A DNA stretch of 64,000 bases, from the NCBI GenBank assembly GCA_963728205.1, contig CAVSIV010000001.1:800001-864000 (forward strand). Reading direction: 5' to 3'. The translations under genes and the position numbers were made by a program. This stretch comes from an uncultured Chloroflexia bacterium. Lineage in GTDB: Bacteria; Chloroflexota; Dehalococcoidia; UBA2979. Below are positions 32,591 through 43,861 of this stretch, in pieces (positions within the stretch are counted from its first letter, which is position 1; every line of letters begins with the position of its first letter). The notes beneath the pieces were generated by a model. That model had not been told where the DNA came from. It ran no database searches and worked only from the letters and a program-made list of their open reading frames with translations.

Positions 32591-32749
32591 GCGGGACGCC
32601 GCCGCCCGGCGCCGGGATTCGCCCGATCCGCCCGCTGCGAGCTGCAACGGAGTTGCGAGGCCCCTGCGATCCCTGTGACTCGCCGGGCGCGGCCCGTCGG
32701 GGACGATCGGATCACGGATCCGACGCGACCCGTCAGCGAAAGGACTCCC

Positions 32750-32923
32750 ATGCCAGGCGAGAAAGATCGCATCAAGGGGAAGGCAAACGAGGCCGCAGGC
32801 GCCGCCCGCAAGAAGGCGGGCGAGGCGACCGACAACAAGAAGATGCAGGTGAAGGGCGCGGCCCAGCAGGCGAAGGGCAAGGCGCAGAACGTGGCCGGGA
32901 AGGTGAAGGAGAAGCGGTCATGA
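32750..32923 (+). CDS. CsbD family stress protein
   Basis: DRIKGKANEAAG...GEATDN..MQ.KG..QQAKG; AAGGA RBS. Confidence 0.9.
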   Translation: MPGEKDRIKGKANEAAGAARKKAGEATDNKKMQVKGAAQQAKGKAQNVAGKVKEKRS

Positions 32924-33069
32924 TCGGCCTGTTGTTGCTCATCTTGCTGCTCCTGGTGGTGTTCGGTGGACTGTCGTACGCCGTATCGCCGCTGTTCTTG
33001 ATCGCGCTCGTCCTGATCCTGCTCGTTGCCGGCGGCGGGTACGCCGGGCGAGGGCGGGGCTGGTACTGA
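32920..33069 (+). CDS. 49-aa two-helix membrane peptide coupled to csbD
   Basis: ATGA overlap with the CsbD stop; very hydrophobic; followed by a hairpin. Confidence 0.75.
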   Translation: MIGLLLLILLLLVVFGGLSYAVSPLFLIALVLILLVAGGGYAGRGRGWY

Positions 33070-33095
33070 CCAACGCGCGGCATCCAAGACACGTG

Positions 33096-33119
33096 GAAGG
33101 CCGGGTTCGCCCGGCCTTC
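33096..33119 (+). terminator. Hairpin GAAGGCCGGG-TTCG-CCCGGCCTTC
   Basis: Perfect 10-bp stem with a UUCG loop downstream of the csbD operon. Confidence 0.7.
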
Positions 33120-33149
33120 TCTGTGCGGCCACTCGCTGGCGCGAGATCA

Positions 33150-33415
33150 CGCGCGGACCTGGTCCGACGCCCTCCTCACCGCTCGCCTCCTGCTGCGGTC
33201 GGCCGCGCCGGACGACGTCGACCGGTCTCCGCGCGTCTGGGCGCAAACGATGACCTGAACCGCGCGTGGCGCCCGCGTGATGGAGCGCTGCCGGCTGCGC
33301 TACGTGCGGACGTTTCACCTCGCGTGGGCGACGGCGATCGCCGGCACCGAGCGTGGGGCGTCGAGTATGCGATCGACCGGGAAGCCTGCGAGGAGGCTCG
33401 CGCCGGCGCGTGAGG
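33150..33415 (+). pseudogene. Internally deleted RimJ/RimL-type GNAT acetyltransferase remnant
   Basis: N-terminal-like LLTARLLLR...DDVD joined to C-terminal-like RVWAQTMT*..VMERCRLRYVRTFH..GTE..VEYAIDRE, with a stop and frameshifts. Confidence 0.6.
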
Positions 33416-33428
33416 CGTCGCCCCGGGC

Positions 33429-35999
33429 TCAGGGCGCGCGGCCGGGCGGACGCCGCCACCACACGGCGGCGCGCTCGCGCACGTCGGCCCACTGTGAGCG
33501 GTGCCGCGCGACGAGCACGCCCGCGCCGAGCACCAGCGCGACCGCGGCGAGCAGCGCGATGCCGTAGGGCAGCGCCCCGCTGATGCCGGCCAGCGTGAGC
33601 AGCGCGGAGACGCCCATCGTCGCCGCGCCGGCCACGGCCATCCAGCGCGCGTCGAGTGCGAAGGCGATCGCCATGAACATCGCCCCGTCGAGCGCGAGCA
33701 CGTACACCCAGTGCGCGCCTCCGGCGTCGAACACCTGCGCCGCCTGCGGCAGCGCGATCACCGCCGCGCCCGCCAGCTGGCTCGCCTCGTGCAACGCGAG
33801 GTGCGGCCGCCATACGTCCGGCGACTCTCGGAATACGAGGCCCATCGCGATCAGGTAGAGGCCGGCCGGCACCGTATAGGCCTGGACGTTCGCCGACCCG
33901 AGCAGCGCGACCGCCATCAGCGCCGCGATCATGGCCACCGCCGTCGCGGCGACGAGCGCCACCGGCGCGCGCAGCCGCCAGCCCTCGGCGACCAGCAGCG
34001 GTGCGATCGCGAAGATCAGCGCCGCGACCACGCGGTACTCCGGCGTCGTCACCGCCGGCACCGCCCCGCCGTGCAGGGCCTGCTGCATCGCCAGGGCCGC
34101 GACCGCCGGACCGCCGACCGCGCCACCCCACGAGAGCAGCTCGACCGCGACCGCCTTGCCGACGTCGGCCGGATGCTCGGAGTCGTAGTGGCGGTAACGC
34201 GCGAGCAGCGCGAAGCAGACGGCGCCCGCGGCGGCGTAGGTCACGCCGAGGCCCGCGAGCGGCCAGTCGAACGCCGCCCATGCCGCGGCCGCCGCCGCCG
34301 CCGCGGCGGGCGCCGCCATCAGCAGCGTGACCCAGCGTCGCGCGGCGCCCGCCGCGATCACGCTCGCGAGCGCGGCGATGCCGAGGAGGACCGCGTCGTG
34401 CCCGGCGTACGGCCCGGGGTGCTGCAGCCCCACGAACCCCGCGACCACCGCCGCCGGGAGCAACAGCACCTCGGCGGACGGGCGGCGCCGCGCCAGCGCG
34501 GCCAGCGCGGCGAGCAGGATCAGCGTCAGCGCGAGGAAGGGCCACGCGGAGTCCGGGCGCGTGACGCCGAGCGACTGCTGCAGGGCGGCGATCCCGGCGA
34601 GCAGCATGCCGATCGCCATCCAGGCGAAGACCAGGCGCTCGAGCAGGAAGGTCGGGACGTCGTCGGTGTCGCCGCGCACGATGCCGCGGTCGCGGTCGAG
34701 GCCCGCGATCGCGGCGAGGATGGCGGCGCCGGCGAAGCAGGCGGCCGCGCGATGCACGCTGACGTCGAAGGCGAGGAAGGCGGCCGGCGCCAGCGCGGCG
34801 GCCGCCGCGTATGCCCAGCCCGATCGCGCGAGCCCGATGTTCCACGGCGCCCACCAGCGCCGCGTTGCGAGCGCCAGCACGCCGGCGCCGAGCACGGGAT
34901 AGACGTACCACGCGTGCTGCGCGCCTGCGGCCCACAGGGCGGCGATGATCGCCGCGAAGGTGAAGCTCGCCGCGATCGGCAGCGCGACGTATGCGCGGAA
35001 CGACCGCCCGGCGATCGCGATCCCGAGCGCGACCAGCGCGAAGCTCACCGGCAGCTGCCAGTGCTGCCCGCCGACCGCCGCCGCCGCGGTCGCGGCATAG
35101 ACGGCGCCGAGCGCGCCGGCCCACGCGCAGATCAGCAGCGCCGCCGGGGTCATCCGACCGGCGAGGTGCAGGGCGCCCATCGCGAGCACGGTGAGTACGA
35201 GGAACCATGCCGGGAACCATTGCACGGGGAACCCGGCGACCAGCGCGGCCGACCCCCATGCGGCGGCCGCCGCCCCGCAGGCGAGCGCGAGGTAGCCGGC
35301 CCCGCAGCGCCGCCACGCGAGCCCCGCGTAGAGCAGGGTGCCCCCGGCCGTTGCAGCGAGCAGCGCGATGTCGCCGGGCATGCCGCTTCCGCGCAGGACG
35401 TCGAGGTAGAGCAGGCCGAACGCGAGCGGCGCCCCCAGCGCGCCCAGCGCGAGCAGCACGCCACCGGCCTCGCGCACGTCCGCGGCGCGCCGCGCCGCGA
35501 ACCCGCCGGCGAGCAGCCCCAGCGCGCACGCCACGACCAGCGCGTCGCGCACGCCGCCGCCGAACGCGCCGCCGGCGGCGACGCCGGCCACCGCACACAC
35601 CGCGGCGATCGCGAGCGCCGCGAGGTAGATGAGGAGGTCGCCCGGGCGCGCGGCGGCCCAGGTCAGCAGCGAGCCGCCGTTGCCCGCGCCGCCTGCCGCA
35701 GCGCGCTGCGCCGCCTCCCGCGCGGCCTCGCCCCGAGCACGCTCGGCGGCCGTGGCCAGTCGCGCCTCGAGGTGGTCGCGCAGGCGCCGGGCGGAGGTCG
35801 CATCGATCAGCCCGCGCGCGGTCCACCGTCCGGCGGCGTGGAGCAGCGATACGAGCGTGGCGACGTCATCGGGCGGCAGCGTTTCGCGCCAGCGGCGGCC
35901 GCAGACGGGACACGCGTCGATCCCGCGCGCGACCAGCGTGCCGCACGACGCGCAATAGCGATCCGGCTGGTCCGTCGCCTGATCTGCCACGGGTCGCAC
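33429..35999 (-). CDS. Large polytopic membrane protein with N-terminal zinc ribbon (DUF2157-like)
   Basis: CASC..CPVC, W...GLID, then >20 hydrophobic segments. Confidence 0.7.
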   Translation of the reverse strand: MRPVADQATDQPDRYCASCGTLVARGIDACPVCGRRWRETLPPDDVATLVSLLHAAGRWTARGLIDATSARRLRDHLEARLATAAERARGEAAREAAQRAAAGGAGNGGSLLTWAAARPGDLLIYLAALAIAAVCAVAGVAAGGAFGGGVRDALVVACALGLLAGGFAARRAADVREAGGVLLALGALGAPLAFGLLYLDVLRGSGMPGDIALLAATAGGTLLYAGLAWRRCGAGYLALACGAAAAAWGSAALVAGFPVQWFPAWFLVLTVLAMGALHLAGRMTPAALLICAWAGALGAVYAATAAAAVGGQHWQLPVSFALVALGIAIAGRSFRAYVALPIAASFTFAAIIAALWAAGAQHAWYVYPVLGAGVLALATRRWWAPWNIGLARSGWAYAAAAALAPAAFLAFDVSVHRAAACFAGAAILAAIAGLDRDRGIVRGDTDDVPTFLLERLVFAWMAIGMLLAGIAALQQSLGVTRPDSAWPFLALTLILLAALAALARRRPSAEVLLLPAAVVAGFVGLQHPGPYAGHDAVLLGIAALASVIAAGAARRWVTLLMAAPAAAAAAAAAWAAFDWPLAGLGVTYAAAGAVCFALLARYRHYDSEHPADVGKAVAVELLSWGGAVGGPAVAALAMQQALHGGAVPAVTTPEYRVVAALIFAIAPLLVAEGWRLRAPVALVAATAVAMIAALMAVALLGSANVQAYTVPAGLYLIAMGLVFRESPDVWRPHLALHEASQLAGAAVIALPQAAQVFDAGGAHWVYVLALDGAMFMAIAFALDARWMAVAGAATMGVSALLTLAGISGALPYGIALLAAVALVLGAGVLVARHRSQWADVRERAAVWWRRPPGRAP

Positions 36000-36107
36000 T
36001 CCGCCCTCTCTCGCACGCTAACGCGAGCGTGTTGACGGCCTGAGAGTCGTTGGTCCCCCCGCGAGGGGGCCTGCGTCACCCCTTGCCGCGCGCTGGGTCG
36101 CGCGCCG

Positions 36108-37073
36108 CTACGCCTCGGCCGCGAAGAGCGCGAGCTGCGACGGCTCCGGCGGCGGCTCGATTGGCCGCTCGCGCCGGTCCGCGATCCCGAGCGCCCCGGC
36201 GAGCCGCGCGACCGTCGACGCCGACTCCGCGGTCACGGCGCGCGGCGCGTACGCCCCTGCACGATAGAGGTCTTCGTAGCGACTCGCCTCTTCCGGCCAG
36301 TCGCGGGCGAGCGCCTCGAGGAAGTGCTCGCGCGTGCCCGGCGGCAGGTAGAGCACGCGCGCCCACGCGTGCGTCGCCCCGGCATCACGCGCGGCGCGGA
36401 TCACGGCGCCAATCTGCGCGGGGTCGTCGCTGATGCCGGGCAGCAGCGGCGCGAGCCCGACGCCGGCGCGGACGCCGGCGTCCACCAGGGCGCGCAGCGC
36501 GCGCAGCCGCTGGCCGGGCGGCGCCGTGCCGGGCTCGGTGCGACGCCATACCGCGTCGTCCAGCGTGGGGATCGAGAAGTGCACCGACACCGCGCCGCGC
36601 CCCGCCGCCTCCTGCAGCACGTCGACGTCGCGCACGATCAGCGGTCCGCGCGTGACGATGCTGAACGGCGTTCGCGCGAGGCCGAGCGCCTCGATGCAGC
36701 CGCGCGTCAGCCGATAGCGTCCCTCGGCCGGCTGGTAGGGGTCGGTCGCGGTGCCGATCGCGACCTCTTCGCGACGCCACCCGCGCCGGCCGAGCTCCCC
36801 GCGCAGCACGGCCACGAAGTTCGTCTTCACGCGCAGCGAGCGCCCGTATGTCTCGCCCGACGGCCGCTCGGCACGACGCTCGAAGGCGCGCACGTAGCAG
36901 AACGTGCAGCGGTGCGCGCAGCCCATGTACGGGTTGAGCGACCAGCGGAAGGGCATGCCCTGCACGCGCGTCAGCGCGCTGCGGCACGGCTCCTCGCGGT
37001 ACTCCACGCGCCACGCCGGCGGGACGGCGGTGACGGTCTTGGCGGTGCGCAGCGCGCGGTTGCGCTCCGGCAT
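36108..37073 (-). CDS. Radical SAM protein, Rv2578c/SplB-like (DNA-repair associated)
   Basis: SLNPYMGCAHRCTFCY, GTATDPYQPAE, EPGTAPP..RL. Confidence 0.9.
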   Translation of the reverse strand: MPERNRALRTAKTVTAVPPAWRVEYREEPCRSALTRVQGMPFRWSLNPYMGCAHRCTFCYVRAFERRAERPSGETYGRSLRVKTNFVAVLRGELGRRGWRREEVAIGTATDPYQPAEGRYRLTRGCIEALGLARTPFSIVTRGPLIVRDVDVLQEAAGRGAVSVHFSIPTLDDAVWRRTEPGTAPPGQRLRALRALVDAGVRAGVGLAPLLPGISDDPAQIGAVIRAARDAGATHAWARVLYLPPGTREHFLEALARDWPEEASRYEDLYRAGAYAPRAVTAESASTVARLAGALGIADRRERPIEPPPEPSQLALFAAEA

Positions 37074-37088
37074 CGAGCAGCTCCTGTC

Positions 37089-37108
37089 CGATCAGTATGT
37101 TCTGATCG
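37089..37108. promoter_or_regulatory. Palindrome CGATCAG-N6-CTGATCG containing an AGAAC half-site (possible degenerate LexA box)
   Basis: Lies 15 nt upstream of the radical SAM start; one half matches the recA box. Confidence 0.45.
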
Positions 37109-37240
37109 CCCGCGTCCACCGTATCGAAATCGTCCTCTCGCGTGAAGGCGGCGCGCCGCGAACGCGCGCCGCGAACGCGCGCCGCGGGCGCGTACGATGC
37201 CCGGCGACCGGCCGCAGCGACGAGCGAAGGAGGGCGCGCG

Positions 37241-37819
37241 ATGAGCCGCCTCGGACCGATTCCCGAACCCGCGACGATGGATGAGGCGACGAAGGCCGAG
37301 TACGACAGCCTCGTCCGCTTCCGCAAGGGCGTGCCGCCCTCGGGCTTCTGGGGTGGGCCGTACGACGCCTGGTTCCGCAGCCCGGAGCTGTGTCACCAGA
37401 TGCGCACCCTCGGCGGGTGGTTCTGGGAGAAGACGGCGGTCGACCGCGGGATCGTCGAGCTCGCGATCTGCGTCGCCGCGTCACACTGGCAGGCGAACGT
37501 CGAGTGGGTGCACGCAGGCACCGCGCTGCGCAACGGCATCCCGCAGTCGGCGCTCGACGCCGTGCAGGCCGGCCGGCGCCCAGACTCGGACCGCGACGAC
37601 ATCCTCACGGTGGTCGACCTGTCGCGTGCGCTGCTCGAGGGGAAGTCGCTCTCGGACGCGCTCTACCGCCGCGCGGTGGAGCAGTTCGGCGAGCGCGGCG
37701 TGACGGAGATCGCCGGGCTGCTGGGGTTCTACACGATGGTCGCGTTCCAGTTGCGGGCGTTCGAGATCGAGCCCGGCGACGACGGGTTCCACGGCTTTGC
37801 ACGTCCGCGGGAGGCGTGA
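37241..37819 (+). CDS. Carboxymuconolactone decarboxylase/AhpD-like protein
   Basis: GPY.AWFRSPEL, ELAI...A.HW....EW.H, FGERG..E...LLGFY; GGAGG RBS. Confidence 0.85.
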   Translation: MSRLGPIPEPATMDEATKAEYDSLVRFRKGVPPSGFWGGPYDAWFRSPELCHQMRTLGGWFWEKTAVDRGIVELAICVAASHWQANVEWVHAGTALRNGIPQSALDAVQAGRRPDSDRDDILTVVDLSRALLEGKSLSDALYRRAVEQFGERGVTEIAGLLGFYTMVAFQLRAFEIEPGDDGFHGFARPREA

Positions 37820-37836
37820 GAGACGGGGCGTTACGG

Positions 37837-38229
37837 CTACGCGTCGAGTACGGTCGTGCGCCAGGTCGCGCGCCAGCCGTCGCCGGCACGCATCAGCACC
37901 ACGATCTCCGTGCGCACGTCGTGATGCGTCTCGCCGTCGCGCTCGTAGTCGAGCTCGAGGCGGTAGGTGACGACCGCGGTCGCGTCTTCCCACGTGTCGA
38001 CCACGTGATCCGACTCCCGGAAGTCGCGGATCGTGGCGTTCTCGCGGAACTCGCTGTAGCGGTCGATCGCGGCATGCACGCCGACGCTGCGCACGGTGAA
38101 GCCGGGCTGCACGACGACGGCGTCGGGATGCAGGAACGGCTCGACATCTTCGGGGGCGCCCTCCAGCCAGGCGGCGTTGATGCGACGCACCGTCTCGATG
38201 ACCTCGTCGCGCACCTGCTCGTTCGTCAC
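37837..38229 (-). CDS. NTF2/SnoaL-like (DUF4440) protein
   Basis: INAAW, FLHPD.VVV.PG, C-terminal GDGWR..WRT. Confidence 0.78.
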   Translation of the reverse strand: MTNEQVRDEVIETVRRINAAWLEGAPEDVEPFLHPDAVVVQPGFTVRSVGVHAAIDRYSEFRENATIRDFRESDHVVDTWEDATAVVTYRLELDYERDGETHHDVRTEIVVLMRAGDGWRATWRTTVLDA

Positions 38230-38440
38230 GTCGGCCTCTTCCTAGATGGACCGCGGGACCCGGGGTGGCCCGCGCGGATCCACCCTAGCAGGGGGTTCAA
38301 TCGCGACGCGGAAGCATCGGAAACGGCGGGAAGGGTGGGCGCAACGCGGGGCGACCGGGCAGAGGCAGCGCACGGCGGGGGCGGGCTGAAGCATGCCCGG
38401 AATCGGCGACGTGTCTCCCGCCGCTTGCATGGCGGGCGGG

Positions 38441-40081
38441 TCAGCCCTCCACGACCGGTAGCACGAGGCGCGATGGGTGCGCGGCGTCGTGCAGCACGAC
38501 GTTGCTCGATGGCAACGGGTTCACCTCGAGCGCCGGGAAGTCGCTCGTCCCAATCGACACGCGGACGCGATGCCCCGGCTCGAAGACGTGCGTCACCGGC
38601 CAGATCTCGATGTCGAGCTCCACGGGCTCGCCGGGCGTCAGCGGCTCCGGGCGCTCGTGGCCGGCGCGGTGGCTCGCCTTCAGCGCGCCGTAGTTGAGGA
38701 AGCGCGAGCGGCCGTCCGGCGCCACGTCCGCGAGGCGCACGCAGATGTCGACGTCGATGGCGTCCGACTGGACCCATGCGCGCAGGTGCGGCAGCCCCAC
38801 CACCTGGAGCGGCTGTGCGAGCGGCTCGCTCGTGTAGGTCAGCGCTCGCCGCTCCCAGTCGCGGCAGTCGGCGACGTCGCGCGGCGAGTGATTCGGCTCC
38901 GACGGGTCGTGCGCGATCGCATCGGCAGGCCCGCCGGGCGCGTCGCCCAGGCAGCCGCCCATCGTCGCGGCGTCGCCGCCGCGCGCGGCCGTGCTGAGGT
39001 GCAGCTCGCGCTCGACCGTCCCCGGCGGGGGCCACCCCGCGGCGTCGACCCAGCGCTCCGCGCCGGTGAGGTACATGCGGAGGCGCGGCTCCTCCGTCAC
39101 GCCGTTCTGCTCGCCGCGCAGGAAGCGGTCGAACCAGCGCGCGGTGAGCTCGGGCAGGCCGCCGTCGGCCGCCTTGCCCTCGGAGTCGACGGCGCCGGGC
39201 GCCATGTAGAGGCGCGTGGGCACGCCCGCCTGCCGCTCGTGGATGCGGATCGTCGCACGGCCGAAGTGGTCGTACAGCACCCCGGCGTGCAGGACCGGCA
39301 CCCGCACCTCGTCGAGCCGCTCCATTAGCGAGAGGCCGCGCCAGAAGTCGTCGTCCGTCGGGTGGTGATACATCTCGGTCAGCCAGTCGAGGTCGACCGG
39401 CGCCTTCTTCGCCTGCACGCGTCGATGCACGCGGTCGTAGCGATGGCGGTACACGGCGCGCTTGCGCTCATACGACGGGTGGGCCGGGTCGCCGGGGTCG
39501 AGCGGAGCGAGCCGTGCCTGCTGGCCCGTCGCCCAGTTGATGCGGTCCTCGTAGCGATAGACGCCGCCGACGAACCACTGGTCCGCGTAGAAGTCGGCGG
39601 GGTGCATGTTCGCCATGATCGCCCGCAGGTGCGGCGGCTGCGTCATCGCCGCCGCGTACGCGAGGATGCCGCCGGCCGACGCGCCGTGCATGCCGACGTT
39701 GCCGTCGCACCAGGGCTGCGCCGCGATCCATTCGACCGTGTCGTAGCCGTCGTAAGGGCCGCCGACGAAGTTGTAGTAGTCGTAGTCGCCCTCGGCGTAG
39801 CCCGTGCCGCGCGTGTCGCTGACGACGACCGCGTAGCCGCGCGACGTCAGGAACTCCGGTCCGATCATCGCGCGGGCGATTGCCGCGAGCGGCCCGACCG
39901 GCGACGTGCGCGGGTAGCCCATCGCGCCGAAGCCGATGCCCGTCATCACGGCGTTCTTGATGTACGGCGTCCGCGTGAGGATCGCCGGGTAGGGGCCGGC
40001 GCCTTCGTCGGGGAGGTGGAGGTCGACCGAGATGGCGACGCCGTCGCGCATCGGCACGTAGATGTCGGTCTCGGTGCGCAT
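38441..40081 (-). CDS. CocE/NonD family hydrolase
   Basis: PMRDGV, RTPY, DTRGTG, DGYD.VEW.A.QPW.DG.VG..GASAGG, C-terminal jelly-roll domain. Confidence 0.92.
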   Translation of the reverse strand: MRTETDIYVPMRDGVAISVDLHLPDEGAGPYPAILTRTPYIKNAVMTGIGFGAMGYPRTSPVGPLAAIARAMIGPEFLTSRGYAVVVSDTRGTGYAEGDYDYYNFVGGPYDGYDTVEWIAAQPWCDGNVGMHGASAGGILAYAAAMTQPPHLRAIMANMHPADFYADQWFVGGVYRYEDRINWATGQQARLAPLDPGDPAHPSYERKRAVYRHRYDRVHRRVQAKKAPVDLDWLTEMYHHPTDDDFWRGLSLMERLDEVRVPVLHAGVLYDHFGRATIRIHERQAGVPTRLYMAPGAVDSEGKAADGGLPELTARWFDRFLRGEQNGVTEEPRLRMYLTGAERWVDAAGWPPPGTVERELHLSTAARGGDAATMGGCLGDAPGGPADAIAHDPSEPNHSPRDVADCRDWERRALTYTSEPLAQPLQVVGLPHLRAWVQSDAIDVDICVRLADVAPDGRSRFLNYGALKASHRAGHERPEPLTPGEPVELDIEIWPVTHVFEPGHRVRVSIGTSDFPALEVNPLPSSNVVLHDAAHPSRLVLPVVEG

Positions 40082-40112
40082 GGGGGGTTCCTCCCTGTCG
40101 CGAAGGCGGCCG

Positions 40113-40180
40113 GCAAGCGGCGGCGGATGCGCCGCCGATGGCACGCAGCCACAGGCGGCGGTGTATCTGCCGCCGTTTGC
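40113..40180. repeat. Diverged REPIN-like palindromic element
   Basis: GCAAGCGGCGGCGGATGCGCCGCCG ... GGCGGTGTATCTGCCGCCGTTTGC. Confidence 0.55.
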
Positions 40181-40201
40181 GTCGGACGGGCGACCGTCGC
40201 G

Positions 40202-41368
<1,167 letters not shown>

Positions 41369-41556
41369 GGGGCGTGTCCATCCTTCATCTGTGGCGTGAT
41401 GGCGCGCGCATCTTACGCGAACGTCGCGTTGACGCGGAGCGAGGGGCGTCCGCGCGCCGCGACCGGGCGGCGAGGGACGCGGACTGCCGGCGAGCGTGCC
41501 GACGGGGCGCTCGCCGGCGCCCCGTCGCGTGCGGCAGCCTCGCCCCGCCTCCGGGT

Positions 41557-43384
41557 TCAGCTCTCCATGGTCGGCGCGCCCTCGTCGAGCCAGACCGCGC
41601 GGATCTGCCCGTTCGCGTAGCACGTGGAGGTTCCGATGCCGTGGGCCCGGTAGTTCATGACGTAGTTGTGGAAGAACGATCCCCCGCTGCTCGGGCCGAG
41701 TGGGAGGAAGACGTCGTAGACGATGTCGAGCTCGCGATCCCAGAGCTTCTTCCAGAATCTCCTTCTGCGCGTCCGGGTTCGTCTCCTTGCGCTGCGCGAG
41801 GACGAGGTTGTCGATCGTCGAGTCCTTGAGGTTGCCGAAGTTGAGGCCACCCTCGGAGAAGTAGAAGGGATAGACGGACTGGTCCACCGAGTACGCCGGC
41901 GGCCCGAAGGTCATCCCGGTCGCCCACTCGAAGTTGCGGTCGTTGAGCAGCACCACCGCGGTCGGGTTGTCGACCTGACGGTACTTGATGTCGAGCCCGG
42001 TGGTCTGGTTCATGATCGGCAGCACGAGCTCGGTGAAGTTGTAGAAGCCGCTCAGGTAGAAGCCGGTCATCTCGAACGAGAGCGGCTTGGCGTCCGTGTA
42101 CCCGGCGGCCGACAGCAGCTTCGCTGCCTCGCCGGGGTTGTACTGGTACCACGGGCCCTCGGACTCGAGCGTCGGCTGTTTCTCGAACAGTACCTGCCAT
42201 GAGATCGACGGCTTCGCGAACCCGCCGTTGAGCTCGCCGCGCGCCTCGTTGTAGCCCTTGCGATCGATGCTCATGCTGATCGCGCGACGCACGCGCTCGT
42301 CCTGGAGCACCGGGTTCTTCATCTGGAAGCGGAAGACGTTGCTGTTCGAACCCTGGATGCCGTCGTACAGGTAGCGCACCGAGTCCTTCGTCGACTGCTG
42401 CATGTCCTTGGCGGCCTCGTCGGTGGGGGCACCCCAGTCGAACAGGTGATTCGTCTCGTACGCGGCGAGCAGCGTGTTCGGGTCGTTCTGCACGACCGCG
42501 ATCACCTTGTCGAGGAACGGCAGCCCCTTCTCGAAGTAGTCCGGGTTCTTCACGAACACCGAACGCTCCTTCTGCGTCCACTCCTGCTGGATGAACGGCC
42601 CCGTCCCGACGGCGTGCCGGTTGAGGTAGTCGAGATCGGCGACGAGCTCCTTCGGCCAGACGAACGACCATGCCGCGAGGTTGCGGGGGAAGTCGACGAG
42701 CGGCTGGTTGAGGGTCATCTTGAGCGTGTGATCGTCCGTGGGCTCGAACTTGTCGACGACGCTGAAGACGTCCTGCTGTGTGCCGCCGGCCTTGTAGCGC
42801 TGATACGACGCCATCACGTCCGACACGTCGAACGCGCGGCCGTTCACGGGTTTGACGTTCTGGAATTTCACGTCTTTCCGCAGGTGGAAGACGAACTCGG
42901 TGGCGTCCTGGTTCGACTCCCATGACTCCGCAAGGTCGGGTTCGATGTCGATCCGGTTTTGCGCGGACAGCGGGCCGAGCTTCGCGCGCACGAGCTTGTT
43001 GTTCGTGTAGTCCATCGTCGTGTTGATGGTGCACGAGAGCGTCTTGTTGAAGTCCATGTGGGGCGGGTCGAGGTAGCGCGTGACGAGCGTCCCGCCGTAC
43101 CGCCCGTTCGCGAGCGGAGCTTGCTCGGCCGGCGTCGGCGGCGGGGCACCCTGGTACGTGCCGGGCGCGACCCGCACCTGGTCCTTCGCGACCTTGCCCG
43201 CGCTGGCGGTGGTCGTCGTCGCCCCGGTGGCGGAAGTCGCGGCGGCGGACGAGCCGCTCGGCTTCGAATCGCCGCACCCGACGAGCGCCGCCCCGGCGAC
43301 GCCCGCCAGGCCGATGCCGGCACTCCGCAGGACGGAGCGGCGCGTGATGGTTCGTCGTTGCACGAGAGACTGACGGTGGGTCAT
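41557..43384 (-). CDS. Tat-exported ABC substrate-binding lipoprotein (family 5, OppA/DppA-like) with a frameshift near 41756
   Basis: TRRSVL Tat motif, LVGC lipobox, PDLAESWE, VGTGPF, D.RVRRAIS; the C-terminus (KKLWDRELD...AVWLDE) is in another frame. Confidence 0.88.
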
Positions 43385-43513
43385 GGCAAATCCCGCCTCG
43401 CTGTGATGGCAGTCGTGAGTGCCGACCCAGAACGTACGTAATACGCGGATGCGAGCGAATGTCAAGATCGGCGCCGTGCGCGAGGCGATACGCGTGGCCG
43501 GGAGAAAAAGAAT

Positions 43514-43571
43514 CCCGCTGCAGCCTCGTCGGCTCAGCGGGTTATGGCGACCCCGATCGGGCTCGAACCGA
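43514..43571 (-). repeat. Direct repeat of the tRNA-Asp 3' end plus downstream terminator hairpin (att-like island end)
   Basis: CCCGCTGCAGCC..GGCTCAGCGGG..TGGCGACCCCGATCGG..TCGAACCGA matches 49882-49939 with few mismatches. Confidence 0.88.
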
Positions 43572-43861
43572 GGATAACCCGCTGAACTTGGGGACATCGA
43601 CCCCGGTGCCCGTCGGTTCGTCGCGGCAGGTCGAGGGGCGTAGCCGCTTCTCATCTCCCGGAGCGCTTGCAGGCAGCAAAATGGGCCCGATCGGGATCCA
43701 AGTGGAGGCTGCGATGGTCATCAGGTACGGCAGAAGTTCAGGGGCGACTTCGTTGCCACCATCTTCGAGCTCGCGGATGGGAACGTGATCGTGAGGGACA
43801 GCACGGGGCCCTCCGCCTTCCTCTTCACATCCGAGCGCCACTACTGAATTGTTCAGCTCCG

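Noticed and set aside
43545-43571. Second tRNA gene
   Set aside because: Only the T-arm and acceptor 3' strand are present; no D or anticodon arm.
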